Positions 25,701 through 40,736 of a DNA stretch of 64,000 bases are shown here, in pieces. The position numbers were made by a program, and so were the translations under genes. The first letter of the stretch is position 1. Every line of letters begins with the position of its first letter. The DNA is from Eledone cirrhosa (taxonomy: Eukaryota). The notes beneath the pieces were generated by a model, which was given only the letters and a program-made list of their open reading frames with translations, was not told the DNA's origin and did not search any database. Where the stretch lies: contig OZ024740.1 of NCBI GenBank assembly GCA_964016885.1, positions 11,842,001-11,906,000 of the forward strand, given 5' to 3'.

Positions 25701-28700
25701 ACATATATACAGTATACCCATTCTAAACCAGACACACACATATATACAGTGTACCCATTCTAAACCAGACACATATATACAGTGTACCCATTCTAAACCA
25801 GACACGCATATACACAGTGTAACTATTCTAAACCAGACACACATATATACAGTGTACCCATTCTAAACCAGACACATATATACAGTATACCCATTCTAAA
25901 CCAGACACACACATATATACAGTGTACCCATTCTAAACCAGACACACATATACAGTGTACCCATTCTAAACCAGACACACATATACACAGTATAACTATT
26001 CTAAACCAGACACACATATATACAGTGTACCCATTCTAAACCAGACACACACATATACACAGTATAACTATTCTAAACCACACACACATATATATATACA
26101 GTGTACCCATTCTAAACCAGACACATATATAGTTTACCTATTCTACACCAGACACATATATACAGTGTACCTATTCTAAACCAGACACACACATATATAC
26201 ACAGTGTACCTATTCTAAACCACACACATATATACAGTGTACCTATTCTGAACCACACACATATACAGTTTACCCATTCTAAACCAGACACACACGTATA
26301 TACAGTGTACCCATTCTAAACCAGACACACATATATACAGTGTACCCATTCTAAACCAGGCACATATATATACAATGTACCCATTCTAAACCAGACACAC
26401 ATATATACAGTGTACCCGTTCTAAACCAGACACACATATATACAGTTTACCCATTCTAAACCAGACATACACATATATATAGTGTACCCATTCTAAACCA
26501 GACACACATATATACACAGTGTACCCATTCTAAACCAAACACACATATATACAGTGTACCCATTCTAAACCAGACACATATATATAGTATACCCATTCTA
26601 AACCAGACACTCATATATACAGTGTACCTATTCTAAACCAGACACACAGATATATACACAGTGTACCCATTCTAAACCAGACACACATATATACACAGTG
26701 TACCCATTCTAAACCAGACACACATATATACAGTGTACCCATTCTAAACCAGACACACATATATATATACAGTGTACCCATTCTAAACCACACACATATA
26801 TACAGTGTACCCATTCTAAACCAAACACACACATTAATACAGTGTACCCATTCTAAACCAAACACACACATTAATACAGTGTACCCATTCTAAACCAGAC
26901 ACATACATATAGTATAGCCATTCTAAACCAGACACATATATACACAAGTACCCATTCTAAACCAAACACACACACATATACACAGCGTACCCATTCTAAA
27001 CAAGACACATATATACAGTGTACCCATTCTAAACCAGACACACACATATATATACAGTGTACCCATTCGAAACCAGACACACATATACACAGCGTACCCA
27101 TTCTAAACCAGACACACATATATACAGTGTACCCATTCTAAACTAGACACACACATATGTACAGTGTACCCATTCTAAACCAGACACATATATACACAAC
27201 GTACCCATTCTAAACCAGACATATATATACAGTGTACCCATTCTAAACTAGACACACACACATATACACAGCGTACCCATTCTAAACCAGACATATATAT
27301 ACAGTGTACCCATTCTAAACCAGACACACACATATACACAGTGTACCCATTCTAAACCAGACACACATATATACATAGTATACCCATTCTAAACCAGACA
27401 CACATATACGCAGTGTACCCATTCTAAACCAGACACACACATATACACGGTGTACCCATTCTAAACCAGACACATATATAGTGTACCCATTCTAAATTAG
27501 ACACACACATATATACAGTGTACCCATTCTAAACCAGACCCACATATATACAGTGTACCTATTCTAAACCAGACACACATATACACAGTGTACCCATTCT
27601 AAACCAGATATATACAGTGTCCCCATTCTAAACTAGACACACACATACATACAGTATACCTATTCTAAACCAGACACACATATATACAGTGTACCCATTC
27701 TAAACCAGACACATATATACAGTGTACCCATTCTAAACCAGACACACATATACACAGTGTACCTATTCTAAACCAGACACACTCATATATACAGTGTACC
27801 CATTCTAAACCAGACACACATATGTACAGTATACCCATTCTAAACCAGAAACATATATAGAGTGTACCTATTCTAAACCAGACACACATATATACAGTGT
27901 ACCTATTCTAAACCAGACACATATATACAGTGTACCCATTCTAAACCAGACACATATACAGTGTACCCATTCAAAACCAGACACATATATACAGTATACC
28001 TATTCTAAACCAGACACACATATATACAGTGTACCTATTCTAAACCGGACACACATATATACAGTATACCCATTCTAAACCAGAAACATATATAGTGTAC
28101 CTATTCTAAACCAGACACACATATATACAGTGTACCTATTCTAAACCAGACACATATATACAGTGTACCCATTCTAAACCAGACACATATACACAGTGTA
28201 CCCATTCTAAACCAGACACATATATACAGTGTACCCATTCTAAACCAGACACATATATACAGTATACCCATTCTAAACCAGACACACACATATATACAGT
28301 GTACCCATTCTAAACCAGACACACATACACAGTGTACCCATTCTAAACCAGACAGACATATACACAGTGTACCCATTCTAAACCAGACACACATATACAC
28401 AGTGTACCCATTCTAAACCAGACACACTCGTATATACAGTGTACCCATTCTAAACCAGACACATTCATATATACAGTGTACCCATTCTAAACCAGACACA
28501 CATATACACAGTGTACCCATTCTAAACCAGACACACATATATACACAGTGTACCCATTCTAAACCAGACACACATATATAGTGTACCCATTCTAAACCAG
28601 ACACATATATACAGTGTACCCATTCTAAACCAGACACACATATACACAGTGTACCCATTCTAAACCAGACACACATATACACAGTGTACCCATTCTAAAC

Positions 28701-31700
28701 CAGTCACACATATATACACAGTGCACCCATTCTAAACCAGACACACATATACACAGTGTACCCATTCTAAACCAGACACACTCATATATACAGTGTACCC
28801 ATTCTAAACCAGACACACATATACAGTGTACCCATTCTAAACCAGACACATATATACACAGTGTACCCATTCTAAACCAGACACACATATATACAGTGTA
28901 CCCATTCTAAACCAGACACACACATATACAGTGTACCCATTCTAAACCAGACACACATATATACAGTGTACCCATTCTAAACCAGACACACATATATACA
29001 GTATACCCATTCTAAACCAGAAACATATATACAGTGTACCTATTCTAAACCAGACACACATATATACAGTGTACCTATTCCAAACCAGACACATATATAC
29101 AGTGCACCCATTCTAAACCAGACACATATACACAGTGTACCCATTCTAAACCAGACACATATATACAGTGTACCCATTCTAAACCAGACACACATATATA
29201 CAGTGTACCCATTCTAAACCAGACACATATATACAGTATACCCATTCTAAACCAGACACACACATATATACAGTGTACCCATTCTAAACCAGACACATAT
29301 ATACAGTGTGCCCATTCTAAACCAGACACACATATATACAGTGTACCTATTCTAAACCAGACACACATATATACAGTATACCCATTCTAAACCAGGAACA
29401 TATATAGAGTGTACCTATTCTAAACCAGACACACATACATACAGTGTACCCATTCTAAACCAGACACACATATACACAGTGTACCCATTCTAAACCAGAC
29501 ACACTCATGTATACAGTGTACCCATTCTAAACCAGACACACATACACAGTGTACCCATTCTAAACCAGTCACACATATATACACAGTGTACCCATTCAAA
29601 ACCAGACACACATATATACAGTGTACCCATTCTAAACCAGACACACATATATACAGTGTACCCATTCTAAACCAGACACACATATACAGTGTACCCATTC
29701 TAAACCAGACACACACATATACAGTGTACCCATTCTAAACCAGACACACATATATACAGTGTACCCATTCTAAACCAGACACACATATATAGTGTACCCA
29801 TTCTAAACCAGACACACATATATACAGTGTACCCATTCTAAACCAGACACACATATATACACAGTGTACCCATTCTAAACCAGACACATATATACAGTGT
29901 ACCCATTCTAAACCAGACACACATATATACAGTGTACCCATTCTAAACCAGACACATATATACAGTATACCCATTCTAAACCAGACACACACATATATAC
30001 AGTGTACCCATTCTAAACCAGACACATATATACAGTGTCCCCATTCTAAACCAGACACATATACACAGTGTACCCATTCTAAACCAGACACATATATACA
30101 GTGTACCCATTCTAAACCAGACACACATATATACAGTGTACCCATTCTAAACCAGACACATATATACAGTATACCCATTCTAAACCAGACACACACATAT
30201 ATACAGTGTACCCATTCTAAACCAGACACATATATACAGTGTCCCCATTCTAAACCAGACACACATATATACAGTGTCCCCATTCTAAACCAGACACACA
30301 TATATACAGTGTACCTATTCTAAACCAGACACACATATATACAGTGTACCTATTCTAAACCAGACACACATATATACAGTATTCCCATTCTAAACCAGAA
30401 ACATATATAGAGTGTACCTATTCTAAACCAGACACACATATATACAGTGTACCTATTCTAAACCAGACACATATATACAGTGTACCCATTCTAAACCAGA
30501 CACATATACACAGTGTACCCATTCTAAACCAGACACATATATACAGTGTACCCATTCTAAACCAGACACACATATATACAGTGTACCCATTCTAAACCAG
30601 ACACATATATACAGTATACCCATTCTAAAGCAGACACACACATATATACACAGTGTACCCATTCTAAACCAGACACACATATATACAGTGTACCCGTTCT
30701 AAACCAGACACACATATATACAGTTTACCCATTCTAAACCAGACACACACATATATATAGTGTACCCATTCTAAACCAGACACACATATATACACAGTGT
30801 ACCCATTCTAAACCAAACACACATATATACAGTGTACCCATTCTAAACCAGACACATATATATAGTATACCCATTCTAAACCAGACACTCATATATACAG
30901 TGTACCTATTCTAAACCAGACACACAGATATATACACAGTGTACCCATTCTAAACCTGACACACATATATACACAGTGTACCCATTCTAAACCAGGCACA
31001 CATATATACAGTGTACCCATTCTAAACCAGACACCCATATATACAGTGTACCCATTCTAAACCAGACACATATATACAGTATACCCATTCTAAACCAGAC
31101 ACACACATATATACAGTGTACCCATTCTAAACCAGACACATATATACAGTGTGCCCATTCTAAACCAGACACACATATACAGTGTACCTATTCTAAACCA
31201 GACACACATATATACAGTGTACCCATTCTAAACCAGACACATATATACAGTGTACCCATTCTAAACCAGACACACATATATACAGTGTACCCATTCTAAA
31301 CCAGACACATATATACAGTATACCCATTCTAAACCAGACACACACATATATACAGTGTACCCATTCTAAACCAGACACATATATACAGTGTGCCCATTCT
31401 AAACCAGACACACATATATACAGTGTACCTATTCTAAACCAGACACACATATATACAGTATACCCATTCTAAACCAGAAACATATATAGAGTGTACCTAT
31501 TCTAAACCAGACACATATATACAGTATACCTATTCTAAACCAGACACATATATACAGTGTACCCATTCTAAACCAGACACATATACACAGTGTACCCATT
31601 CTAAACCAGACACATATATACAGTGTACCCATTCTAAACCAGACACATATATACAGTATACCCATTCTAAACCAGACACGCATATATACAGTGTACCCAT

Positions 31701-34700
31701 TCTAAACCAGACACACATACAGTGTACCCATTCTAAACCAGACACACATATATATAGTGTACCCATTCTAAACCAGACACACATATACACAGTGTACCCA
31801 TTCTAAACCAGACACACTCATGTATACAGTGTACCCATTCTAAACCAGACACACATACACAGTGTACCCATTCTAAACCAGTCACACATATATACACAGT
31901 GTACCCATTCAAAACCAGACACACATATATACAGTGTACCCATTCTAAACCAGACACACATATATACAGTGTACCCATTCTAAACCAGACACACACATAC
32001 AGTGTACCCATTCTAAACCAGACACACACATATACAGTGTACCCATTCTAAACCAGACACACATATATACAGTGTACCCATTCTAAACCAGACACACATA
32101 TATACAGTGTACCCATTCTAAACCAGACACACATATATACAGTGTACCCATTCTAAACCAGACACACATATATACACAGTGTACCCATTCTAAACCAGAC
32201 ACATATATACAGTGTACCCATTCTAAACCAGACACACATATATACAGTGTACCCATTCTAAACCAGACACATATATACAGTATACCCATTCTAAACCAGA
32301 CACACACATATATACAGTGTACCCATTCTAAACCAGACACATATATACAGTGTCCCCATTCTAAACCAGACACATATACACAGTGTACCCATTCTAAACC
32401 AGACACATATATACAGTGTACCCATTCTAAACCAGACACACATATATACAGTGTACCCATTCTAAACCAGACACATATATACAGTATACCCATTCTAAAC
32501 CAGACACACACATATATACAGTGTACCCATTCTAAACCAGACACATATATACAGTGTCCCCATTCTAAACCAGACACACATATATACAGTGTACCTATTC
32601 TAAACCAGACACACATATATACAGTATTCCCATTCTAAACCAGAAACATATATAGAGTGTACCTATTCTAAACCAGACACACATATATACAGTGTACCTA
32701 TTCTAAACCAGACACATATATACAGTGTACCCATTCTAAACCAGACACATATACACAGTGTACCCATTCTAAACCAGACACATATATACAGTGTACCCAT
32801 TCTAAACCAGACACACATATACAGTGTACCCATTCTAAACCAGACACATATATACAGTATACCCATTCTAAAGCAGACACACACATATATACAGTGTACC
32901 CATTCTAAACCAGACACACATATATACAGTGTACCCGTTCTAAACCAGACACACATATATACAGTTTACCCATTCTAAACCAGACACACACATATATATA
33001 GTGTACCCATTCTAAACCAGACACACATATATACACAGTGTACCCATTCTAAACCAAACACACATATATACAGTGTACCCATTCTAAACCAGACACATAT
33101 ATATAGTATACCCATTCTAAACCAGACACTCATATATACAGTGTACCCGTTCTAAATCAGACACACAGATATATACACAGTGTACCAATTCTAAACCAGA
33201 CACACATATATACACAGTGTACCCATTCTAAACCAGGCACACATATATACAGTGTACCCATTCTAAACCAGACACCCATATATACAGTGTACCCATTCTA
33301 AACCAGACACATATATACAGTGTACCCATTCTAAACCAGACACACATATATACACAGTGTACCCATTCTAAACGAGACACACATATATACACAGTGTACC
33401 CATTCTAAACCAGACACACATATATACAGTGTACCCATTCTAAACCAGACACACACATATACAGTGTACCCATTCTAAACCAGACACACATATATACAGT
33501 ATACCCATTCTAAACCAGAAACATATATAGAGTGTACCTATTCTAAACCAGACACGCATATATACAGTGTACCTATTCTAAACCAGACACACATATATAC
33601 AGTGTACCCATTCTAAACCAGACACATATATACAGTATACCCATTCTAAACCAGACACACACATATATACAGTGTACCAATTCTAAACCAGACACATATA
33701 TACAGTGTACCCATTCTAAACCAGACACACATATATACAGTGTACCTATTCTAAACCAGACACACATATATACAGTATACCCATTCCAAACCAGAAACAT
33801 ATATAGAGTGTACCTATTCTAAACCAGACACACAAATATACAGTGTACCTATTCTAAACCAGACACACATATATACAGTGTACCCATTCTAAACCAGACA
33901 CACACATATATACAGTGTACCCATTCTAAACCAGACACACATATATACCCATTCTAAACCAGACACATATATACAGTGTACCCATTCTAAACCAGACACA
34001 TATATACAGTGTACCTATTCTAAACCAGACACACACATATACACAGTGTACCCATTCTAAACCAGACATATACACAGTGTACCCATTCTAAACCAGACAC
34101 ATATACAGTGTACCCATTCTAAACCAGACACATATATACAGTGTACCTATTCTAAACCAGACACACACATATACACACTGTACCCATTCTAAACCAGACA
34201 CATATATACAGTGTACCCATTCTAAACCAGACACATATACACAGTGTACCCATTCTAAACCAGACACATATATACAGTGTACCTATTCTAAACCAGACAC
34301 ACACACAGTAGATGTTGGTACTAAATATCAGATATATACAGTGTACCCATTCTAAACCAGACACATATATACAGTATACCTATTCTAAACCAGACACACA
34401 TATATATAGTGTACCCATTCTAAACCAGACACATATATACACAGTATACCTATTCTAAACCAGACACACACATATATACAGTGTACCTATTCTAAACCAG
34501 ACACACATATATACAGTGTACCCATTCTAAACCAGACACACACATATATACAGTGTACCCATTCTAAACCAGACACACACATATATGCAGTGTACCCATT
34601 CTACAGCAGACAGACACATATATACAGTGTACCCATTCTAAACCAGACACACATATACACAGTGTACCCATTCTAAACCAGACACACATATACAGTATAC

Positions 34701-36938
34701 CCATTTTAAACCAGACACACACATATATACTGTATACCCATTCTAAACCAGACACATATATACAGTATACCCATTCTAAACCAGACACACATATATACAG
34801 TTTACCCATTCTAAACCAGACACACATATACACAGTGTACCCATTCTAAACCAGACACACATATACAGTATACCCATTTTAAACCAGACACACACACATA
34901 TACACAGTGTACCTATTCTAAACCAGACACACATATACAGTATACCCATTTTAAACCAGACACACACACATATACACAGTGTACCTATTCTAAACCAGAC
35001 ACACATATATACAGTATACCCATTCCAAACCAGAAACATATATAGAGTGTACCTATTCTAAACCAGACACACATATATAGTGTACCTATTCTAAACCAGA
35101 CACACATATATAGTGTACCTATTCTAAACCAGACACATATACACAGTGTACCTATTCTAAACCAGACTCACATATATACAGTGTACCCATTCTAAACCAG
35201 ACAAATATATACACAGTGTACCTATTCTAAACCAGACTCAGATATATACAGTGTACCCATTCTAAACCAGACACACATATATACAGTGTACCCATTCTAA
35301 ACCAGACACACACATATATACAGTGTACCCATTCTAAACCAGACACACATATATACAGTGTACCTATTCTAAACCAGACACACATATATAGTGTACCTAT
35401 TCTAAACCAGACACATATACACAGTGTACCTATTCTAAACCAGACTCACATATATACAGTGTACCCATTCTAAACCAGACAAATATATACACAGTGTACC
35501 TATTCTAAACCAGACTCAGATATATACAGTGTACCCATTCTAAACCAGACACACATATATACAGTGTACCCATTCTAAACCAGACACACACATATATACA
35601 GTGTACCCATTCTAAACCAGACACATATATACAGTGTACCCATTCTAAACCAGACACACACATATATACAGTGTACCCATTCTAAACCAGACACACACAT
35701 ATATACAGTGTACCCATTCTAAACCAGACACACACATATATACAGTGTACCCATTCTAAACCAGACACATATATACAGTGTACCCATTCTAAACCAGACA
35801 CACACATATATACAGTGTACCCATTCTAAACCAGACACACACATATATACAGTGTACCCATTCTAAACCAGACACACACATATATACAGTGTACCCATTC
35901 TAAACCAGACACATATATACAGTGTACCCATTCTAAACCAGACACACACATATACACAGTGTACCTATTCTAAACCGGACTCACATATATACAGTGTACC
36001 CATTCTAAACCAGACACACATATATACAGTGTACCCATTCTAAACCAGACACACATATATACAGTGTACCCATTCTAAACCACACATATACAGTGTACCC
36101 ATTCTAAACCAGACACACACATATACACAGTGTACCCATTCTAAACCAGACACACATATATACACAGTGTACCCATTCTAAACCAGACACACATATACAC
36201 AGTGTACCCATTCTAAACCAGACACATATATACACAGTGTACCCATTCTAAACCAGACACACATATACACAGTGTACCCATTCTAAACCAGACACACATA
36301 TACACAGTGTACCCATTCTAAACCAGACACACATATATATACAGTGTACCCATTCTAAACCAGACACATATATATACAGTGTACCTATTCTAAACCAGAC
36401 ACACATATATACAGTGTACCCATTCTAAACCAGACACACACATATACACAGTGTACCTATTCTAAACCAGACACATATATATAGTGTACCTATTCTAAAC
36501 CAGACACACATATATACAGTGTACCCATTCTAAACCAGACACACACATATATACAGTGTACCCATTCTAAACCAGACATATATACAGTGTACCCATTCTA
36601 AACCAGACACATATATAGAGTGTACCCATTCTAAACCAGACACATATACACAGTGTACCCATTCTAAACCAGACACATATATATAGTATACCCATTCTAA
36701 ACCAGACACACATATACACAGTGTACCCATTCTAAACCAGACACACATATATACAGTGTACCCATTCTAAACCAGACACACATATATACCCATTCTAAAC
36801 CAGACACATATATACAGTGTACCCATTCTAAACCAGACACACATATATACCCATTCTAAACCAGACACATATACACACTGTACCCATTCTAAACCAGACA
36901 CATATATACAGTGTACCTATTCTAAACCAGACACACAC
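19738..36938. repeat. ~17.2 kb satellite, ~33-39 bp unit CAGTGTACCCATTCTAAACCAG + (AC)n(AT)m
   Basis: Directly visible; roughly 490 units (17.2 kb divided by ~35 bp). Confidence 0.99.
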
Positions 36939-37110
36939 AGTAGATGTTGGTACTAAATATCAGATATATACACATATTTTTACCCTTTAGAAAGGGAAAA
37001 GGCAGTGCTGGTGGCTTTAGGACTGAAGGACAGAACACAGAGTGAGTATTTTAACCCCACAGATATTATATTTATTAAACATGCCAATGTTATAATGATA
37101 TTTAACTTAC

Positions 37111-37220
37111 CACTTTAAAGGGAGACGTTTGTAATAAAACAGATTCTGTTATAGTTTGACCATCATAATCATTGATATAAAGACCTTTTCTAGAGAGGGC
37201 TTGAAGTATACTGGAAAAAT
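37111..37220 (-). CDS. CAMSAP: Patronin/CAMSAP coding exon C
   Basis: CTCAG/GTAAGT ends, 110 nt, phase 1-0; FSSILQALSRKGLYINDYDGQTITESVLLQTSPFKV contains the conserved QALSRKG.Y motif. Confidence 0.92.
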
Positions 37221-37695
37221 CTGAGATAAAAGAAAACATTTTTTTTTTTTTTTTTTTTCAGAAATTTAAAATATGATTTTTAAAAAGAACTAAAAAAATT
37301 AATGATTGTGGATATTTTCAATGAAATACAGAAATTTAGATAAGTTTTGTTAACACTTCAAACCCACTGAGTATTCCAGTACTAACAATATTTTACTATA
37401 TCTTGCCAGCCCAGTCTTCCATTCAGCCACACACTTCTTATTTATTTACACTACTCTCTGCACAAATCAACAATTACTAAAGCAAGATCTTTGATAAGAC
37501 ATTGCAGTGATGTTTCTCAAGTGTATATATCTCATCAGCCAAGTACATCATTCTGCTCTACACTTCTGTTAACTGCTGCTACTTTCAACAATTTCAACAC
37601 AAATCAGCAACTCTTTTACATTGTTACTTTCACCCAATTCTTTAGTTATTGCCAGAATTATTGTCAAGTTCGTATATTTCATTATTATCATCATA

Positions 37696-38075
37696 TGTTC
37701 GTCGTTTCACGCTTGCATGGGTTGGATGGGTCCTGCTCAGGACAGCATCTCTTTACTTGTCGCATTCCTTAGTCATCTCCTCTGTGAACTTTAGCGATCC
37801 AAGATCAGCTCTGAACCACTTCCATCCAGGTTTTTCTTGGTCTTCCTCTACTGCAGCCTCCCTCCACTGGGACTATTTGACACATCTTCATCCAACGATC
37901 ATTATCCATACACATCACATGTCGACACCATCACAGTCTCCTCTCCTACACACTACATCTGATTCCTCTTATACCCAGTTTCTCTCTCAGTTCATCCATG
38001 CAAATCACATGTCGACACCAACACAGTCTCCTCTCCTACACACTACATCTGATTCCTCTTATACCCAGTTTCTCC
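37696..38075 (-). mobile_element. Old RTE 3' fragment with internal ~90-bp tandem duplication
   Basis: GRPRKTW-like remnant; atcacatgtcgacacca...cccagtttctc occurs at about 37914 and 38004. Confidence 0.6.
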
Positions 38076-38439
38076 CTTTTATTTCCTTTTCTTTAAGGTT
38101 TAATTGATGAAAATTTTTTTCAATTAATTAAGTATGGACACCCAGAACTTGGGACTGCACTTGTGTCAGGGATCATGATTGATCATGTTAAATATATGAG
38201 CTAAGTCATCAGATTCTTGTTAAAAATAATCTTTGTTCTAAGAAAACACCCTAGAAAGATGAAAACTAAAAAGAGAACCAAGTTTTCTAATAATACAGCC
38301 AATCCCACTCCTGTCACACTGTATACAATGACTATATTGGTGTGTAACTACATAATCATCAGCTCATCACACCTAATAATTCAGCTGACTACCTTCACAC
38401 TACAGGTCTCAGGTTTTCTCTCAATCTCTTGCTCCACTC

Positions 38440-38775
38440 TCTAAAGTGGTTGTGTAGGTGTCACAAAAAAAAAAAAGCACCCAGTCGACACTGTAAAGTG
38501 GTCATATAGGTGTCACTATAAACAGCACCCAGTCCACACTGGAAAAGTCGTCATGTAGGTGTCACAATAAAAAGTGCCAGCACACACTGTAATAAAAGGC
38601 ACGCAGTCTAAGCTGTAAATGTGGTTGGTAAATGAGCAAAACAGTCATTAGACCTGACTTGTCTCACAAGAAAACATGTCCAACCCATGTTAGCATGGAA
38701 AAATGGACGTTAAATGGTGATGATGATGTCCAACCCTTGCTAGCAGAGTAAAAAAACTGACATTAAATGATGATG
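38440..38775 (+). mobile_element. Non-autonomous element sharing the RTE family A 3' end
   Basis: Repeated cacactgtaaagtggtc...aaaagcacccag modules, then aacccatgttagcatggaa...gatgatgat; similar copies at about 40185-40520, 60460-60697, 50180-50340, 59660-59820(-) and 15372-15530(-). Confidence 0.6.
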
Positions 38776-39147
38776 AAAAAGGGCACGGCTACTGACAGAC
38801 AGACACACACACATCTTCACTCAGTCTCTTGCCCTACTTACTGTAGAACAGACACCCACACATAAAATACTGTTTGCTCACATATTAATGTCAACAGTAG
38901 CCCAGATAAGCTAACTATATACAGCACATGTTTATAGGTGAACATTCCAAATCTGCTGAAAACTGTGCCACTGCATGTTTACATTAATTTCTAGTCCTAC
39001 AAAATACAATGTAACTTCACAGATATTCACAAGTAGTTGCTAAAACATAACTTGAAACTTTCTGGGTTTAATTATTTAGAGGAGATGGGGGCACCACTTG
39101 TACACAATTCTTACACAAGTGTAGAGTAATATAAACAATATAATTCA

Positions 39148-39379
39148 CTAGCAGATGTACCCGGCGTTGCTCAGGAAATGAATGACAGCCTGAATTGTTC
39201 AAGGTCGTTTATGGCTTAGCTAGCAATTTCTAAGTGCATGTCAGCTAATTGGCTAGCCAATGAGAGGTCGCCTCAATAGCACGTGCCAAATCGGCCTAGT
39301 ACTTCAAAAGTTAAAAGGACCCTAGTATTTGTACACAGAGACAGACACGCACACACCGACTTGCTTTTACATATATAGA
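39148..39379 (-). mobile_element. Non-autonomous Helitron
   Basis: Minus strand starts TC(tatatat), ends CTAG, has a subterminal imperfect hairpin cctgagcaacgccggg, and sits between A and T. Confidence 0.8.
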
Positions 39380-39388
39380 TTATTACGA

Positions 39389-39562
39389 CATAGAGTTACG
39401 GCCCTTTATGTTCTGAGTTCAATTCCCATCAGAGATTTGCTTTGCCTTTCATCCTTACAGAGATAGATAAAATAAAGTACCAGTAACTCACTGGGGTTGA
39501 TTTAATCGACTTTCCCCTTTCCTTTCAAATTGCTGGCCTTGTGCCTAAATCAGAAACAATTA
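39389..39562 (+). mobile_element. Same SINE family, 5'-truncated
   Basis: B-box gagttcaattccc, core and tail match 50620..50836. Confidence 0.7.
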
Positions 39563-40212
39563 TTTTTGTTCAGTCCACTTTCCCAAGCTGACATGAGTTG
39601 GACAGGACTTTTTCAAGTATTTTTCTACAGCCAAATGCCCTCCCTAAAACCATATCTTGTTTTTTAACCCTTTCAATATCATATTTCGAATGAAAGACAT
39701 TGCTAATAACTTCCAAATTATTTTGAAAAATAATCTACAATTTGGAGAAAACTAATAAAAAATACATTCATTAGTTTTATATTGAATAACAATATTTGTT
39801 TTCAAGTAAACGGCCTCATTACACTATGTTTTTAGATGACCATCACCATCCTTTTGTTCTAGCAGTGACAGAAACAACCGAGAATATTATTTCTGGGTTA
39901 TTGCCCTTTGTCAAGATTGTGTATTTCTCTCTGTCACTCACTAGAACTCTTGACAATATATATTCTCTAAAGTATACATCAGCTGATTAGCCTAATTTGC
40001 ATAACGAGCAATTTTCTTGTCAATAAATAATAACTTTCACATTATTAAGCCGGTGCTTGGAACATAAACCTTCTTACATAAAATTATAACAAAATGTTTT
40101 TATGCATGGGTTTACATCTAGTATACACAACTTCCTCCTCTCCCCCTTCCATACACCACCCACGACCTTACACCCTCACCCCACAGTGTAAAGTGGTCAT
40201 TCTGGTAATATG

Positions 40213-40244
<32 letters not shown>

Positions 40245-40736
40245 CCACAGTGTAATGTGGTCATGTTGGTGACATGAAAAAAAAGGGCCCTGCCCATCCT
40301 CTAAAGTGGTCAACTTTGATGCCACGATAAAAGCACTCAGTCCACACTGTAAATGTGGTTGGTGTTAGGAAGGGCATCCAGTCGTAGAAACCAAAGCAGA
40401 AACAGTTCTGTATGAGCAAAACAGTCACCTGATCTGACTTGACTCAGAATGGGACAACTTGTCTAACACATGATAGTGTGGAAAAATGGACATTAAACAG
40501 TGATGATGACGGTGGTGATGATAAACACTTTGAAATAAACAGTTATGTATCATTGAACCAAGGGCAGTTTCAGGCAGTTTGATATTAAAAATATGGTATT
40601 TGTTCCCCACTGAACTTCACTTGTTGAACTGATGGGTTGTGTAACATATTGTTTACACATGACAAACTCTTGAAGCAGACAATGAAAAAATACACAGAGT
40701 CAAACATATGCACACACACACACACACAATGTGTGT

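Noticed and set aside
19599-36748. Dozens of ORFs such as MCVWFRMGTLYI / GLEWVHC
   Set aside because: Translations of the satellite; frames switch with linker length
19738-36938. CRISPR-like constant repeat plus variable spacer layout
   Set aside because: The 'spacers' are only (AC)n(AT)m length variants, there are no cas genes, and the context is a eukaryotic intron
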